The position numbers and the translations under genes are program-made. Of a DNA stretch of 64,000 bases, positions 11,065 through 22,290 are shown piece after piece. Below the pieces are notes generated by a model that saw only the letters and a program-made list of their open reading frames with translations, searched no databases and was not told the origin of the DNA. Positions within the stretch are counted from its first letter, which is position 1, and each line of letters opens with the position of its first letter. This DNA is from Macrostomum lignano (Eukaryota), in the NCBI GenBank assembly GCA_002269645.1, contig NIVC01003131.1:1-64000 (forward strand), given 5' to 3'.

Positions 11065-12578
11065 AACCCAGTCCCCCACAATACCCCTGCCCCAGTCCCT
11101 CACTTTACCCCTGCCCCAGTCCCCCACTATACCCCTGCCCCAGTCCCTCACTATACCCCTGCCCCAGTCCCCCACAATACCCCTGCCCCAGTCCCCCACT
11201 TTACCCCTGCCCCAGTCCCCACTATACCCCTGCCCCAGTCCCTCACTATACCCCTGCCCCAGTCCCCACAATACCCCTGCCCCAGTCCCCACTATACCCC
11301 TGCCCCAGTCCCCACAATACCCCTGCCCCAGTCCCTCACAATACCCCTGCCCCAGTCCCTCACAATACCCCTGCCCCAGTCCCCACAATACCCCTGCTCC
11401 AGTCCCTCACTATACCCCTGCCCCAGTCCCTCACTATACCCCTGCCCCAGTCCCTCACAATACCCCTGCCCCAGTCCCTCACTATACCCCTGACCCAGTT
11501 CCTCACTATACCCCTGCCCCAGTCCCTCACTATACCCCTGACCCAGTCCCTCACTATACCCCTGACCAGTCCCTCACTATACCCCTGACCAGTCCCTCAC
11601 TATACCCCTGCCCCAGTCCCCCACAATACCCCTGCCCCAGTCCCTCACTATACCCCTGACCCAGTCCCTCACTATACCCCTGACCCAGTCCCTCACTATA
11701 CCCCTGACCAGTCCCTCACTATACCCCTGCCCCAGTCCCCCACAATACCCCTGCCCCAGTCCCTCACTATACCCCTGCCCCAGTCCCTCACTATACCCCT
11801 GCCCCAGTCCCTCACTATACCCCTGACCCAGTCCCTCACAATACCCCTGCCCAAGTCCCTGACAATACCCCTGCCCCAGTCCCTCACAATACCCCTGCCC
11901 CAGTCCCTCACAATACCCCTGCCCCAGTCCCTCACAATACCCCTGCCCCAGTCCCTCACAATACCCCTGACCCAGTCCCTCACTATACCCCTGACCCAGT
12001 CCCTCACAATACCCCTGCCCCAGTCCCTCACTATACCCCTGACCCAGTCCCTCACTATACCCCTGCCCAGTCCCTCACTATACCCCTGACCCAGTCCCTC
12101 ACTATACCCCTGCCCCAGTCCCTCACTATACCCCTGCCCCAGTCCCTCACAATACCCCTGCCCCAGTCCCTCACTATACCCCTGACCCAGTTCCTCACTA
12201 TACCCCTGCCCCAGTCCCTCACTATACCCCTGACCCAGTTCCTCACTATACCCCTGCCCCAGTCCCTCACTATACCCCTGACCAGTCCCTCACTATACCC
12301 CTGACCAGTCCCTCACTATACCCCTGCCCCAGTCCCCCACAATACCCCTGCCCCAGTCCCTCACTATACCCCTGACCCAGTCCCTCACTATACCCCTGAC
12401 CCAGTCCCTCACTATACCCCTGACCAGTCCCTCACTATACCCTGCCCCAGTCCCCACAATACCCCTGCCCCAGTCCCTCACTATACCCCTGCCCCAGTCC
12501 CTCACTATACCCCTGCCCCAGTCCCTCACTATACCCCTGCCCCAGTCCCTCACTATACCCCTGCCCCAGTCCCTCACT
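11065..12578. repeat. C-rich intronic minisatellite, 24-bp unit CCCTGCCCCAGTCCCTCACTATAC
   Basis: Direct reading; about 60 copies. Confidence 0.97.
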
Positions 12579-12914
12579 AGACACAGCCATACCCCTAAAT
12601 GTACAAGTGCCACGCCACGGAGACAAGTTTTAAAATTTCAATCTATAATAAGAATATTTCTAAAAGCTGCTACTTAGCAGAAAACAGTTAAATCAATAAG
12701 ATGTTATAAAAACATACAGATTATGAAATTAGACCGGTGCAGAATTATTGGTAGACAGCAGCAAACACGGTGCAGAACGTAAATCCGCAACTCCGAGAGG
12801 ATTATAATCGGGTTTGGATAAAACGGACAGCCAAGGTGCTGTTGCTATGGCTACGAAATCAACGTTTGTGCTTTTGTTTTAAACGCAAAAATCAAGCCGT
12901 CAGCTTGGACTCAC

Positions 12915-12992
12915 GCGTTTGCGGTCAGCTTCCTGCTCCATCACCTGAACTTTTGCCTCCATCTCGCTGCACTTTTTCTTGTATTGCAGCAC
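12915..12992 (-). CDS. CROCC: Rootletin exon B (VLQYKKKCSEMEAKVQVMEQEADRKR)
   Basis: Donor |gtgagt at 12914; acceptor is a weak aag|. 78 nt, phase 0-0. Matches the ILQYKKRCSELE segment of vertebrate rootletin. Confidence 0.8.
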
Positions 12993-13261
12993 CTTCGCGT
13001 AGGTTTGAAATCATTTTGGGTGATCATTCACCATGGTGACAAGTTAGGCACGGCAACACAAAACAGAATTCGCGCATTATTCGCGTGGATAATGTTAAAT
13101 CAGCGGTAGAATGTACTTTTAAACTCCTCATAAGCAAACCCGGCATGCGGCTAAGGCAGCGAATAAACACGGATTAGATTGATTAAAAGTAGTGCAATCT
13201 AGCATGGGACTCTCCCTGCGGCATGCCAAACAGATCAAATCTGCTTCAAGACTTTGATCAC

Positions 13262-13345
13262 CGATTGCTTGAAACTCCGCAGCTGAGTCTTCAGCCGCTG
13301 GTTCTCAAGGTCACTCTCGGACACCTTCTTCTTGTAGGCCAGTAC
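13262..13345 (-). CDS. CROCC: Rootletin exon A (VLAYKKKVSESDLENQRLKTQLRSFKQS), paralogue of exon B
   Basis: Acceptor aaacttag|, donor |gtgatc. 84 nt, phase 0-0. Starts VLxYKKKxSE like exon B. Confidence 0.7.
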
Positions 13346-13734
13346 CTAAGTTTTATAGGTCATTGTTGAAAAAGCAAATACACATTCTAATTCTGCACAA
13401 TACGATGGCTGAGAATGTGTCCTAAATTTAGTGCCAAATCTTAAACAGATCTTCATCGGGTTTGTGATAGTGGAGCTTAGCTAAAAATGAGTAAATGATG
13501 GCAAAAAAGTCATTCAATTGGTTTTAACTAGTAAACTGCATGTAGTTACAAGTAACCAATTCATAACATATTTAATGCATTTTGTGCTAAGAAATGACAG
13601 GAAACCGCAAAGGATCCTGGAGGTGATTAGTAAATTAGCAATAATAGGAAGGAGATGCACGGAGGTGGCGCTAAAGGGCGAGCGTGCCGGCAAGCACTGA
13701 AATTTAACTGCTGCGAAGGCAATAGCGGGGCAAT

Positions 13735-14200
13735 TGATGGGATTGAGGGGATAAAGGAGAACAAAGGGGATGAAGGGAAGAAGAGGGGATGTAGAGGATA
13801 TAGGGGATGGGGGATAGAGGGGATAGAGGGGACTGAGGATGGAGAAAATAGAGGGATAGAAGGCATGGAGGGCATGGAGGGCATGGAGGGGATAGAGGGC
13901 ATGGAGGGGATGAAGGGGGCAGAGGAGATAGAGGGCATGGAGGGGATGGAGGGGACAGAGGGGATGGAGGGGATGGAGGGGATAGAGGGCATGGAGGGGA
14001 TAGAGGGCATGGAGGGCATGGAGGGGACAGAGGGGATGGAGGGGATGGAGGGGATAGAGGGCATGGAGGGTATGGAAAAGGGGATAGAGGAGGGGATAGG
14101 GGGTATATAGGAGGGGATGGAGGGATGGAAGGGACAGAGGGGATGAAGGGAACAGAGGGGATGGAGGGGATAGAGGAGGGATGAAGGGATAGACGGAATA
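13735..14200. repeat. Purine-rich 9-bp repeat (GGCATGGAG / GGGATAGAG)
   Basis: Direct reading. Confidence 0.9.
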
Positions 14201-14359
14201 GAGGTAACAAATCAGATGCAGGGAGCACAGGTGATATAAGGGAATACATGGGTAACTGAGTCAGCAGTTTCTAGGCAAAGCATTGGTCCAGTGGCGGCAC
14301 AGGTAAGCCATAGGCATAGGCATAGAAATACGCCAATCAGACAGACAGGCGGCACTCAC

Positions 14360-14527
14360 CTTGGCCTGCAGTTTCTGCACCAGCTGGGCCTGCCGCTGCT
14401 GGCCCTCCTGGTACGTGGCCAGCTTGCGCTTGTAGCTCTGCTGCTCATCGTCCAGGCGCTTGCGGAGGTCCATGTTCATCTGCATGAGGCCCCTGGAGCC
14501 GGGATCGTCACCGGGGTCCTCGTGCTG
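14360..14527 (-). CDS. CROCC: Rootletin exon (QHEDPG...EEQ-type YKRKLATYQEGQQRQAQLVQKLQAK); the ORF also extends 5' without stops to ATG 15013
   Basis: Donor |gtgagt at 14359; NAGNAG acceptor ccccgttttccag|cag|. YKRKLATYQEGQQRQAQLVQKLQAK is nearly identical to vertebrate rootletin. Confidence 0.92.
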
Positions 14528-15331
14528 CTGGAAAACGGGGGTGGCGAGGTGGCTGGAGTTAGCGGACTCCCGGCAGTAGTCCTCGGGGTCGGAGTTGTCG
14601 TAGCCGCTGTCCGGGCAGGAGGCGGTGCCGATCGATGCGCCAAGAGCGGCGCTGGCGGCTGTGAGGTTCCGGACTGGAATCCGGGGCGCAGCCTGGCTGC
14701 TGCAGTTCTGGCAGCCAAGCAGAGCAGCCTGGCAGCTTTTGTCCTCGCAGGACGGCTGCTTTTGCTGCTGCTTCTGCTTGCTGGTCAAGCACACCTGGGA
14801 AACTGCCTTCTTCATCAACATCGACGTTTCTAATGTCGATGAATGAGCCGACTTGACAGCTGCTTCCATAGCAACAGAGCTAGCAGTTGACGCTAGCAGG
14901 CAGTTGTGAGAAGCGACTCGATTCGAGGAATTGGAGCGGCGCTGCTTGCTGGCCGGGTGCGGCAATTTGTCTGCCGCCTTCTTCACCGGCAGATTTCTAG
15001 GCCGAGCAAACATCTCAAAGTTTCCCCTGGCTGGCAGGCGGTTCTGCTTTCTCACTAATTCTTCACTCAGCTCGAGTGGTCAAGCTCCATTCGGTTTTGA
15101 GAAGTTTTTTAAACCCCAATTTAAGAGGCAGGAAGCGGGAGGGAACGCGCAGGACTTCCAGTTCGGTGAGAATTCAGAATGGAAAGCTTTTTGCTAATTA
15201 GTTAATGCAGTGATCGAGTCGGTGAGGGGAGACCCGAGGCACAGGAAGCTGGTGAAATATATATATATGCGGATGTCTGACTGCGGCAATGAAATTCTTA
15301 TTCTAAGAAACAGGGCGCGCACAGCACTTAC

Positions 15332-15367
15332 GCGGTAGTCCACGTAGTCAAAACCGTCGTCTGTCAT
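15332..15367 (-). CDS. CROCC: Candidate alternative first coding exon of rootletin (MTDDGFDYVDYR)
   Basis: ATG at 15367-15365, 12 codons, then a perfect phase-0 donor |gtaagt compatible with the 14527 acceptor. TAGCAAC half X-boxes lie immediately upstream. Confidence 0.55.
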
Positions 15368-15404
15368 TGCTTAGCAACCGCTTAGCAACGCGTTGCTTAG
15401 GGAT
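15366..15404. promoter_or_regulatory. Cluster of X-box-like half sites (TTAGCAAC x2, GTTGCTTAG)
   Basis: attgcttagcaac, cgcttagcaac and gttgcttagggat lie directly 5' of the candidate first exon at 15367. Confidence 0.45.
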
Positions 15405-16697
15405 TAAAATGGATCAGATTAACTAAAATCGGACGGTGCTACTGAGTTTGGGCAGTGGGAGCGGACCGACCACCTGAGAGGCGAACTGGAGGCTGACAGA
15501 AGAAACAGAAGTTTGCAGATGATGAAGCAGAAGAAAGACAGAGAGACTGTGGGCGTCTAATATAATAGGGAGGCTGGGGTGGCGGGGGGGCAGCCTTAGG
15601 CTCTGTGCTGCAGAGTATTCGGGCAGTTTGGCAGACAACAGAGCCAAATGGAGGTTAGAGAGCGCGATGGAGATGCGGGAGAGAGAGAGAGAGACAGACA
15701 GAGAGCAAATAGGACCAAGGCACTCGAGCACACGCAAACAGGAGAGGCTTGGCAGGGCCGCAGCCGAGGACGAAGGCAGATACGGTAGGCAGACGGGCGA
15801 GAGAGAGAGAGAGAGAGCGCTTAAAGAGTTCTTCAGTTTTCTTGGCAGCCAAATGACCAGAGAAAACTGCAGGGCGAGCCAGCCCCGGTAGCACCGACTC
15901 AAAGAGCAAAGACCCTTGCACACACACACACACACGCTAAGCAGCCGGTAATAAACGCATCCATCAGGCGATTAGACCCTCTCACCCTCTCTCATCGACC
16001 TCTTGTCCGCCGTTTCAACCCCACCCCACCCCTACCCAACCTCGCAAGCAGAAGCAAACTCAGTCGGGTTTTCAACACTTCGCCGCCGTTCGGTGCTTCG
16101 AATCCCCCCCCCCCTGCACCCCACTTTATAGCATAGCCTAGCCTACACCGTCGCCATGACAACAATGCGCTTACGGAGCTGTGAAACAGGTATAGACACA
16201 CACAGAGCAAGCATCGACACTTGCTCCAAGACGGTCCGAAGCAGCAGCAAGGTGGAGAGGGAGACCATAAAGCTCTAAATTAGGTCTCGCATTGCGCTGG
16301 CTTGTTCTGTATGAATTTTCTCGCTACAAGCTGTAAGCTGCATACGCGTATCGCACTCTGTTATCAACCTGCTACCCCACTGTTCCAAGCCTCACCTTGG
16401 CGGCAATTGCAGCGCCAATTTCGCCTCATTAGGTGCCGCAAGCCAAATGAACCGCATAAAAAAATCGGATGAAAAGTTTCGCAAATTTTTATGCCTCCTT
16501 GCAATTTTTTTCAGTGCTTAGCAAACTGATGAAGCACCAAATGAGCTTCATAGAGTAGGAAAAGACTGGCCCAGCTTCCAGCTGCCTAAATTTAAGCACG
16601 CGATAGCGGCATAGATGCAGTAGGCAGCTCTGAGTTGACACGGGCAAACAGTTATTCAATATGCGAGATCGAGCGGCGGCTGCTGCCGTACCCTCAC

Positions 16698-16769
16698 CTG
16701 CTTCCCCCTGCGGCTGGCTGCTCTGGATGGCGAGGAGTGGAGGGGAGGCCGAGAAAACACGGTAACCAT
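16698..16769 (-). CDS. CROCC: Candidate alternative first exon of rootletin (MVTVFSR...RRGKQ), possibly only 5' UTR
   Basis: 24 codons ending CAG|gtgagg in phase 0. The ATG lies inside the X-box at 16762-16775, so coding status is uncertain. Confidence 0.35.
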
Positions 16770-16775
16770 GGCAAC
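16762..16775. promoter_or_regulatory. RFX X-box GTAACCATGGCAAC
   Basis: Exact match to the 14-bp X-box consensus GTHNYY-AT-RRNAAC, inside a ciliary gene. Confidence 0.65.
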
Positions 16776-17788
16776 AGCATGTTGACAGAGCAGCGGCACA
16801 GCTGGCATCATCGGTGGCGCCTCCACTGGCGAGCAACAAGTTGATATTAGAAGAAAAAGATAAAAAAGTTTTTATTGGAATTGTTGACTCGAGAGAGGCT
16901 GCGGCTCTCGGCCCCGAACCCTAATTGGCGAGAACAGTGAAATTCGATAGGCAAAGCTGTGCTCGAAGCTTCTATGGAATTTCTGCTTGCCTGTCTGGCA
17001 CGGTGGGAACCGCATACAAAACTCTGAAGAGCTTTGAGTCTTTTGGTGTCTGCTCAAATAATTAATCGTCATTTTCTTAAAGAATTATTTTCGCCTGGAG
17101 ATTCTGCATCGATGACTTACGGAGAGGCGAGTTCAATTAAGGACATCCAACAAGCCGCTTGTTGAGGAAACATAAGTGAATTTTTCTATCAAGAAAGCTC
17201 TGCCATCCGGTGAATAATGAAAAGTTTTAAAATGACCAGAAAATGACCTGGCGTGTGAAAAATTAACAAAATATCTTCCAACATGTAAATTTTAACAAAA
17301 CAAATTAAATCAAACGAGACCTTGGTGAAATCGAAATAGAAAACAATATTAAAATTGATTTCCGTGTGATAAACTAAAAAAATGCTTCGGCACTACTTAC
17401 CCAGAGTAGTGTTCAATAATAGGCTAATATAAATTCTTCAGAGCTGCTCAAAAGCACCTAAACAAAGGTGATTCGATAGACAATAAGAATTTTATATACA
17501 GAATTGCTGCAAAATATGAATGTAACAGAAATGAACACCTGCCAGTTGATCGCAGCCTCCTGCAGCTGCATCTCTTGTTGGCGCTAAATATTGCCAAGCA
17601 AGGCACCGCTAATTCAATGCAAATATTATGCCTGCATAGTACTTGACCCGACTTGGAAACTGCTCGCTGAGGCGCATTGCTTCACTTTCCTTGCTTGCAA
17701 GAGAAAATTTCCTGATTGACTTCATTGCACAAAGCCTTTCTTGACACACTACAGTGATTTCTTAACGCAGTTAGAGCGCAAAAAAGCG

Positions 17789-17802
17789 GTTACCATGGCA
17801 AC
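17789..17802. promoter_or_regulatory. RFX X-box GTTACCATGGCAAC
   Basis: Exact match to the X-box consensus. A minus-strand gtaagt donor lies downstream at 17400. Confidence 0.65.
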
Positions 17803-18009
17803 CAAGTGGAGGTTTTCTATACCAAGGAAGCATTTCAAAGTCTGGGCAGAAAGTAGGGAAAATCTCGGAAATTTCGAAAGCTGGATTTGGTAATAAAATT
17901 CACCCTTGAAGCTGATATTTGGTGAGATATAAATTTAGGAGGGTGAAATTGGGAATGCTGATTTAGGGACCTTCGAGAGAGGTGCGATGAGAATTTCATG
18001 AGGATTAGG

Positions 18010-18880
18010 GGTGATAAAATTAGGGATAATGAGGATTAGGGACGATGAGGATTAGGGACGATGAGGATTAGGGACGATGAGGATTAGGGATGATGGGGAT
18101 TAGGGATGATGAGGATTAGGGATGATGGGGATTAGGGATGATGAGGATTAGGGATGATGAGGATTAGGGATGATGAGGATTAAGGAGGATGAGGATTAGG
18201 GAGAATGAGGATTAGGGACGATGAGGATTAGGGGCGATGAGGATTAGGGAGGATGGGGATTAGGGACGATGAGGATTAGGGATGATGGGGATTAGGGATG
18301 ATGAGGATTAGGGAGGATGAGGATTAGGGACGATGAGGAATAGGGATGATGGGGATTAGGGATGATGAGGATTAGGGATGATGAGGATTAAGGAGGATGA
18401 GGATTAGGGAGGATGAGGATTAGGGACGATGAGGATTAGGGAGGATGGGGATTAGGGACGATGAGGATTAGGGATGATGGGGATTAGGGATGATGAGGAT
18501 TAGGGAGGATGAGGATTAGGGACGATGAGGATTAGGGGTGATAAAATTTGGGATAATGAGGATTAGGGATGATGAGGATTAGGGAAGATGAGGATTCGGG
18601 ATGATGAGGATTAGGGACGATGAGGATTAGGGACGATGATGATTAGGGATGATGAGGATTAGGGATGATGAGGATTAGGGATGATGAGGATTAGGGATGA
18701 TGAGGATTAGGGACGATGATGATTAGGGATGATGAGGATTAGGGATGATGAGGATAAGGGATGATGAGGATTAGGGATGATGAGGATTAGGGAGGATGAG
18801 TATTACGGATGATGAGGATTAGGGATGATGGGGATTAGTGGCAATGTGTATTAGTGGCGATGAGGATTAGGGACGATGAT
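18010..18880. repeat. 16-bp minisatellite ATTAGGGATGATGAGG
   Basis: Direct reading; contains TTAGGG. Confidence 0.95.
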
Positions 18881-20743
18881 GATTAAGGGCGAAGTCTTAC
18901 AGTCGAAAAGCCAAATGAAAGGTGGACATGTTCTTCTCCCAAAATATAATTGGGATAAACTGAAATTGATCGAGCCGCCCAGTAACTCACACTGTCCGAG
19001 TCGATCAAAACATCCCCATTGTTATCCTCCAGATCCGGCGGGATCTCGGTCGGGCTGTCCATTCCAGACGATGGCTTCAGTGGGAGTCCCTTCCGCTTAT
19101 GACTATTGAGCTGGGTTGCAAAATGAAATTCCTTAGCGATACTCAGCCCAGGTAACGGGGAGTCGGGCGTTAAATACCCCAGCTGTCACGCGGCTGAAAT
19201 ATCCGCCCCAGGGCTAATCCGCGTATCCGCGCGGAGTTGGGAGGCCGGCTTAGCAACTCCCCATCCCCTTGCACCGGCTTCTCTCCCAGTCCTGCACCCT
19301 GCTGGGCCAATTCTCCCCTACTTCTAAAAGAGCTAGCGGATGACTGGGCGATTTCAAATCCGCCACCACAGGGAGGCCAGCTTCCCTCTCTCCACAGCTC
19401 TTACAAGCCTCTTCAAGCCTCCGTACTGTCCTGCCCAGTTCTGTGCAACTTTCTTGCTCCCCTGTCCCCATTGGCTGTTCCGCCCTGGCAACCAGAACAG
19501 AAGGAGGTGGGCGGGGATCGCGGAAGAGGAAAGCGGGGAGCAAGGCTGAGACAAGCAGATGAGGGGAGGATTTTCACTTCGAAGCGGGAGTTCCCAACAA
19601 GGGAAATCGTGAAGCCTAAGCGCCCCCACCCCACCCTAGTGGGGAGGGCAGCGGGGGTGGGGGCGTTTCCCAGCCTCCGTCTCATCCGCCAAAATGGGGA
19701 AAAAATTCCAACAGGAACATTCACTGGCCCGACTAGCTAGGAAGGGAGTCAAAGGAAGAGACGTGTTTAGTCAGGCAGCACAAGTCTGAGTAGTCAGCTG
19801 TGAATAATGCGAGAGGCAAGGCCTCCCTCTTTGCTAAAGCATCGCCTGAGAGGATTTTGAAAGACAAGAAATAAAGAATTTGACAAAGGCGGCGGCGGCG
19901 GCGGCCGTGGCGCCAATTCTCAAGCAAAAAACCTGAGCATAGCCTGAGCAGACTTAAGCTGACATATTAGGGCACAACACTGGAGGAGGCATACGGAGAG
20001 AAAAGTAAAGAGAACAGACAGTTCCCCAGCTGCACTGCACCAACAATGCCTCACAAAAATGACTTGCGCCGCCCATGAACCGCTCAAAGCAAACAGAAAG
20101 CAGCTGAGAATTTCACTTTTGCAAGGTTGAAACACCTGAAAGACACAGAATTTCTCGTTTTCAGGCACAGTGCACTGTAATTGGACTGGCAACTAAAAAT
20201 CATCTAAGCTTAAGCTAACTCAACTAACTGCAACCTGCATTGGTCACTCTTCTCCCAACTCCACCACCTTAACCCTGAGTCGTCGGCCAACATAAAAGCA
20301 GAGAATATATGAGAACCTGACCCTGTGTGAACAGCTGGCACTCCAGATTCTGGATCCAGATCACCTTGACCCAGTGTAAACAGCTGGCACTCCAGATTCT
20401 GGATCCAGATCACGACCCAGTGTGAACAGCTGGCACTCCAGATTCTGGATCCAGATCACCTTGACCCAGTGTGAACAGCTGGCACTCCAGATTCTGGATC
20501 CAGATAACCTGACCCAGTGTGAACAGCTGGCACTGCAGATTCTGGATCCAGATAACCTTGACCCACTGTGAACAGCTGGCACTCCAGATTCTGGATCCAG
20601 ATAACCTTGACCCAGTGTGAACAGCTGGCACTTCAGATTCTGGATCCAGATCACCTTGACCCAGTGTGAACAGCTGGCACTCCAGATTCTGGATCCAGAT
20701 CACCTTGACCCAGTGTGAACAGCTGGCACTCCAGATTCTGGAT

Positions 20744-21040
20744 CATACATGCGCAACCTCCAAAATTCGGTCGGCCATGCGACTTAGTTTTAACAAAAAT
20801 GCGACGTAGTTTTTGGCCAAAAATGCGACTTAAATGTAAAAAACCCTAAAGCAAAATTAACGCAACTTTGGGTAAACGGTAGGAGTAACTATGACTGTAT
20901 TATTAGGTCAAAATGCCTCGTCAGCTACTTAGTACTACTACTTGGTTATTTTTTCGGGTGGGCATTTTTGCGACTTCCTTGGTTGGCCGCAAAATCGGTC
21001 GGCCGGACCGGCCGACTCGGCCGACTGTTGCGCATGTATG
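20744..21040. mobile_element. 297-bp non-autonomous TIR element (MITE), hAT-like, carrying a 28S rRNA-derived fragment
   Basis: Perfect 14-bp TIRs CATACATGCGCAAC (20744-20757) and GTTGCGCATGTATG (21027-21040). 8-bp TSD TTCTGGAT (20736-20743 and 21041-21048). It interrupts a 49-bp tandem array. Confidence 0.88.
20870..20933 (+). pseudogene. 64-nt degenerate fragment of nuclear 28S rRNA (helix 69-71 region)
   Basis: GGGTAAACGGTAGGAGTAACTATGACTGTATTATTAGGTCAAAATGCCTCGTCAGCTACTTAGT aligns without gaps to the recalled conserved eukaryotic LSU sequence GGGTAAACGGCGGGAGTAACTATGACTCTCTTAAGGTAGCCAAATGCCTCGTCATCTAATTAGT (51/64 by hand count). Confidence 0.85.
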
Positions 21041-21924
21041 TTCTGGATCCAGATCACCTTGACCCAGTGTGAACAGCTGGCACTCCAGATTCTGGATCCA
21101 GATCACCTTGACCCAGTGTGAACAGCTGGCACTCCAGATTCTGGATCCAGATCACCTTGACCCAGTGTGAACAGCTGGCACTCCAGATTCTGGATCCAGA
21201 TCACCTTGACCCAGTGTGAACAGCTGGCACTCCAGATTCTGGATCCAGATCACCTTGACCCAGTGTGAACAGCTGGCACTCCAGATTCTGGATCCAGATC
21301 ACCTTGACCCAGTGTGAACAGCTGGCACTCCAGATTCTGGATCCAGATCACCTTGACCCAGTGTGAACAGCTGGCACTCCAGATTCTGGATCCAGATCAG
21401 GCCGGAATTCTACTAGAAGAAAGACAAGCCTAGTGCTCAGAGTTGCGCTGGCAGCGCAGAAAATATTTGCTTGCGTCACAATCTAGCAAGCAGGCGGCTG
21501 GTCTGCAGCACGGCTAAATTATTAACCAGGCGAAAAACTGCAACAGTGCGTCAGCAGTCCCAGCCTGCACAGCCTTCGCCCGTTGTCCCACTGCCAAAGG
21601 CACGCAAACTTCAGTCAGTCGCTCCGCCCCAGTGCCACTGACTTGTTGAAGCGCCAACCAAAACTGCATGCGGGGCGTTGTTTATGATGATGTAAAATAT
21701 TTTTTGTGGCAGGAAAATGGCAGCCTGCAGCTGGGAGCCCAGAAATTCTCAGACCAATTTCCGTGTTGAAGTTAGCAACTGTTTTTGGAACAAGTCCACG
21801 CGAACAGGCGCCTTTGCTCAGCAGATCTCTATGGAGACGGGGCGGAAACAGGGGAGAGTTGCTTGGGAGAGGAGACGTGAACAGGTGAAACTAACTTCGG
21901 ATTGGCATCTAGAGACAGGTTGGC

Positions 21925-22290
21925 ATTAGAAGTAGATGGGGGGAATCAGGGATAGAAGTAGATTAGGGGGAGAAATGAGGGGTAGAAGTAGATTAGGGGG
22001 AGAAATGGCAGATAGAAGTAGATTATGGGGAGAAATGAGGGATAGAGGTAGATGGGAGAAATGAGGGATAGAAGTAGATGGGAGAAATGAGGGATAGAAG
22101 TAGATGGGAGAAATGAGGGATAGAAGTAGATGGGAGAAATGAGGGATAGAAGTAGATGGGAGAATCAGGGATAGAAGTAGATGGGAGAAATGAGGGATAG
22201 AAGTAGATGGGAGAAATGAGGGATAGAAGTAGATGGGAGAATCAGGGATAGAAGTAGATGGGAGAAATGAGGGATAGAAGTAGATGGATA
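21925..22290. repeat. 26-bp purine-rich minisatellite GGGAGAAATGAGGGATAGAAGTAGAT
   Basis: Direct reading. Confidence 0.93.

Larger units (their letters stand above)
20319..21399. repeat. 49-bp minisatellite with palindrome TCTGGATCCAGA, split by the MITE
   Basis: CACTCCAGATTCTGGATCCAGATCACCTTGACCCAGTGTGAACAGCTGG. Confidence 0.95.

Noticed and set aside
645-14249. Numerous ORFs over minisatellites (about 712-1522, 6170-6824, 9604-10449, 11014-12626, 13627-14249), including a collagen-like GxE pattern
   Set aside because: All coincide with tandem arrays inside rootletin introns, have no splice or start support, and are open on both strands.
20870-20933. Functional rRNA gene
   Set aside because: It is only 64 nt, about 20% diverged, and enclosed in a MITE.
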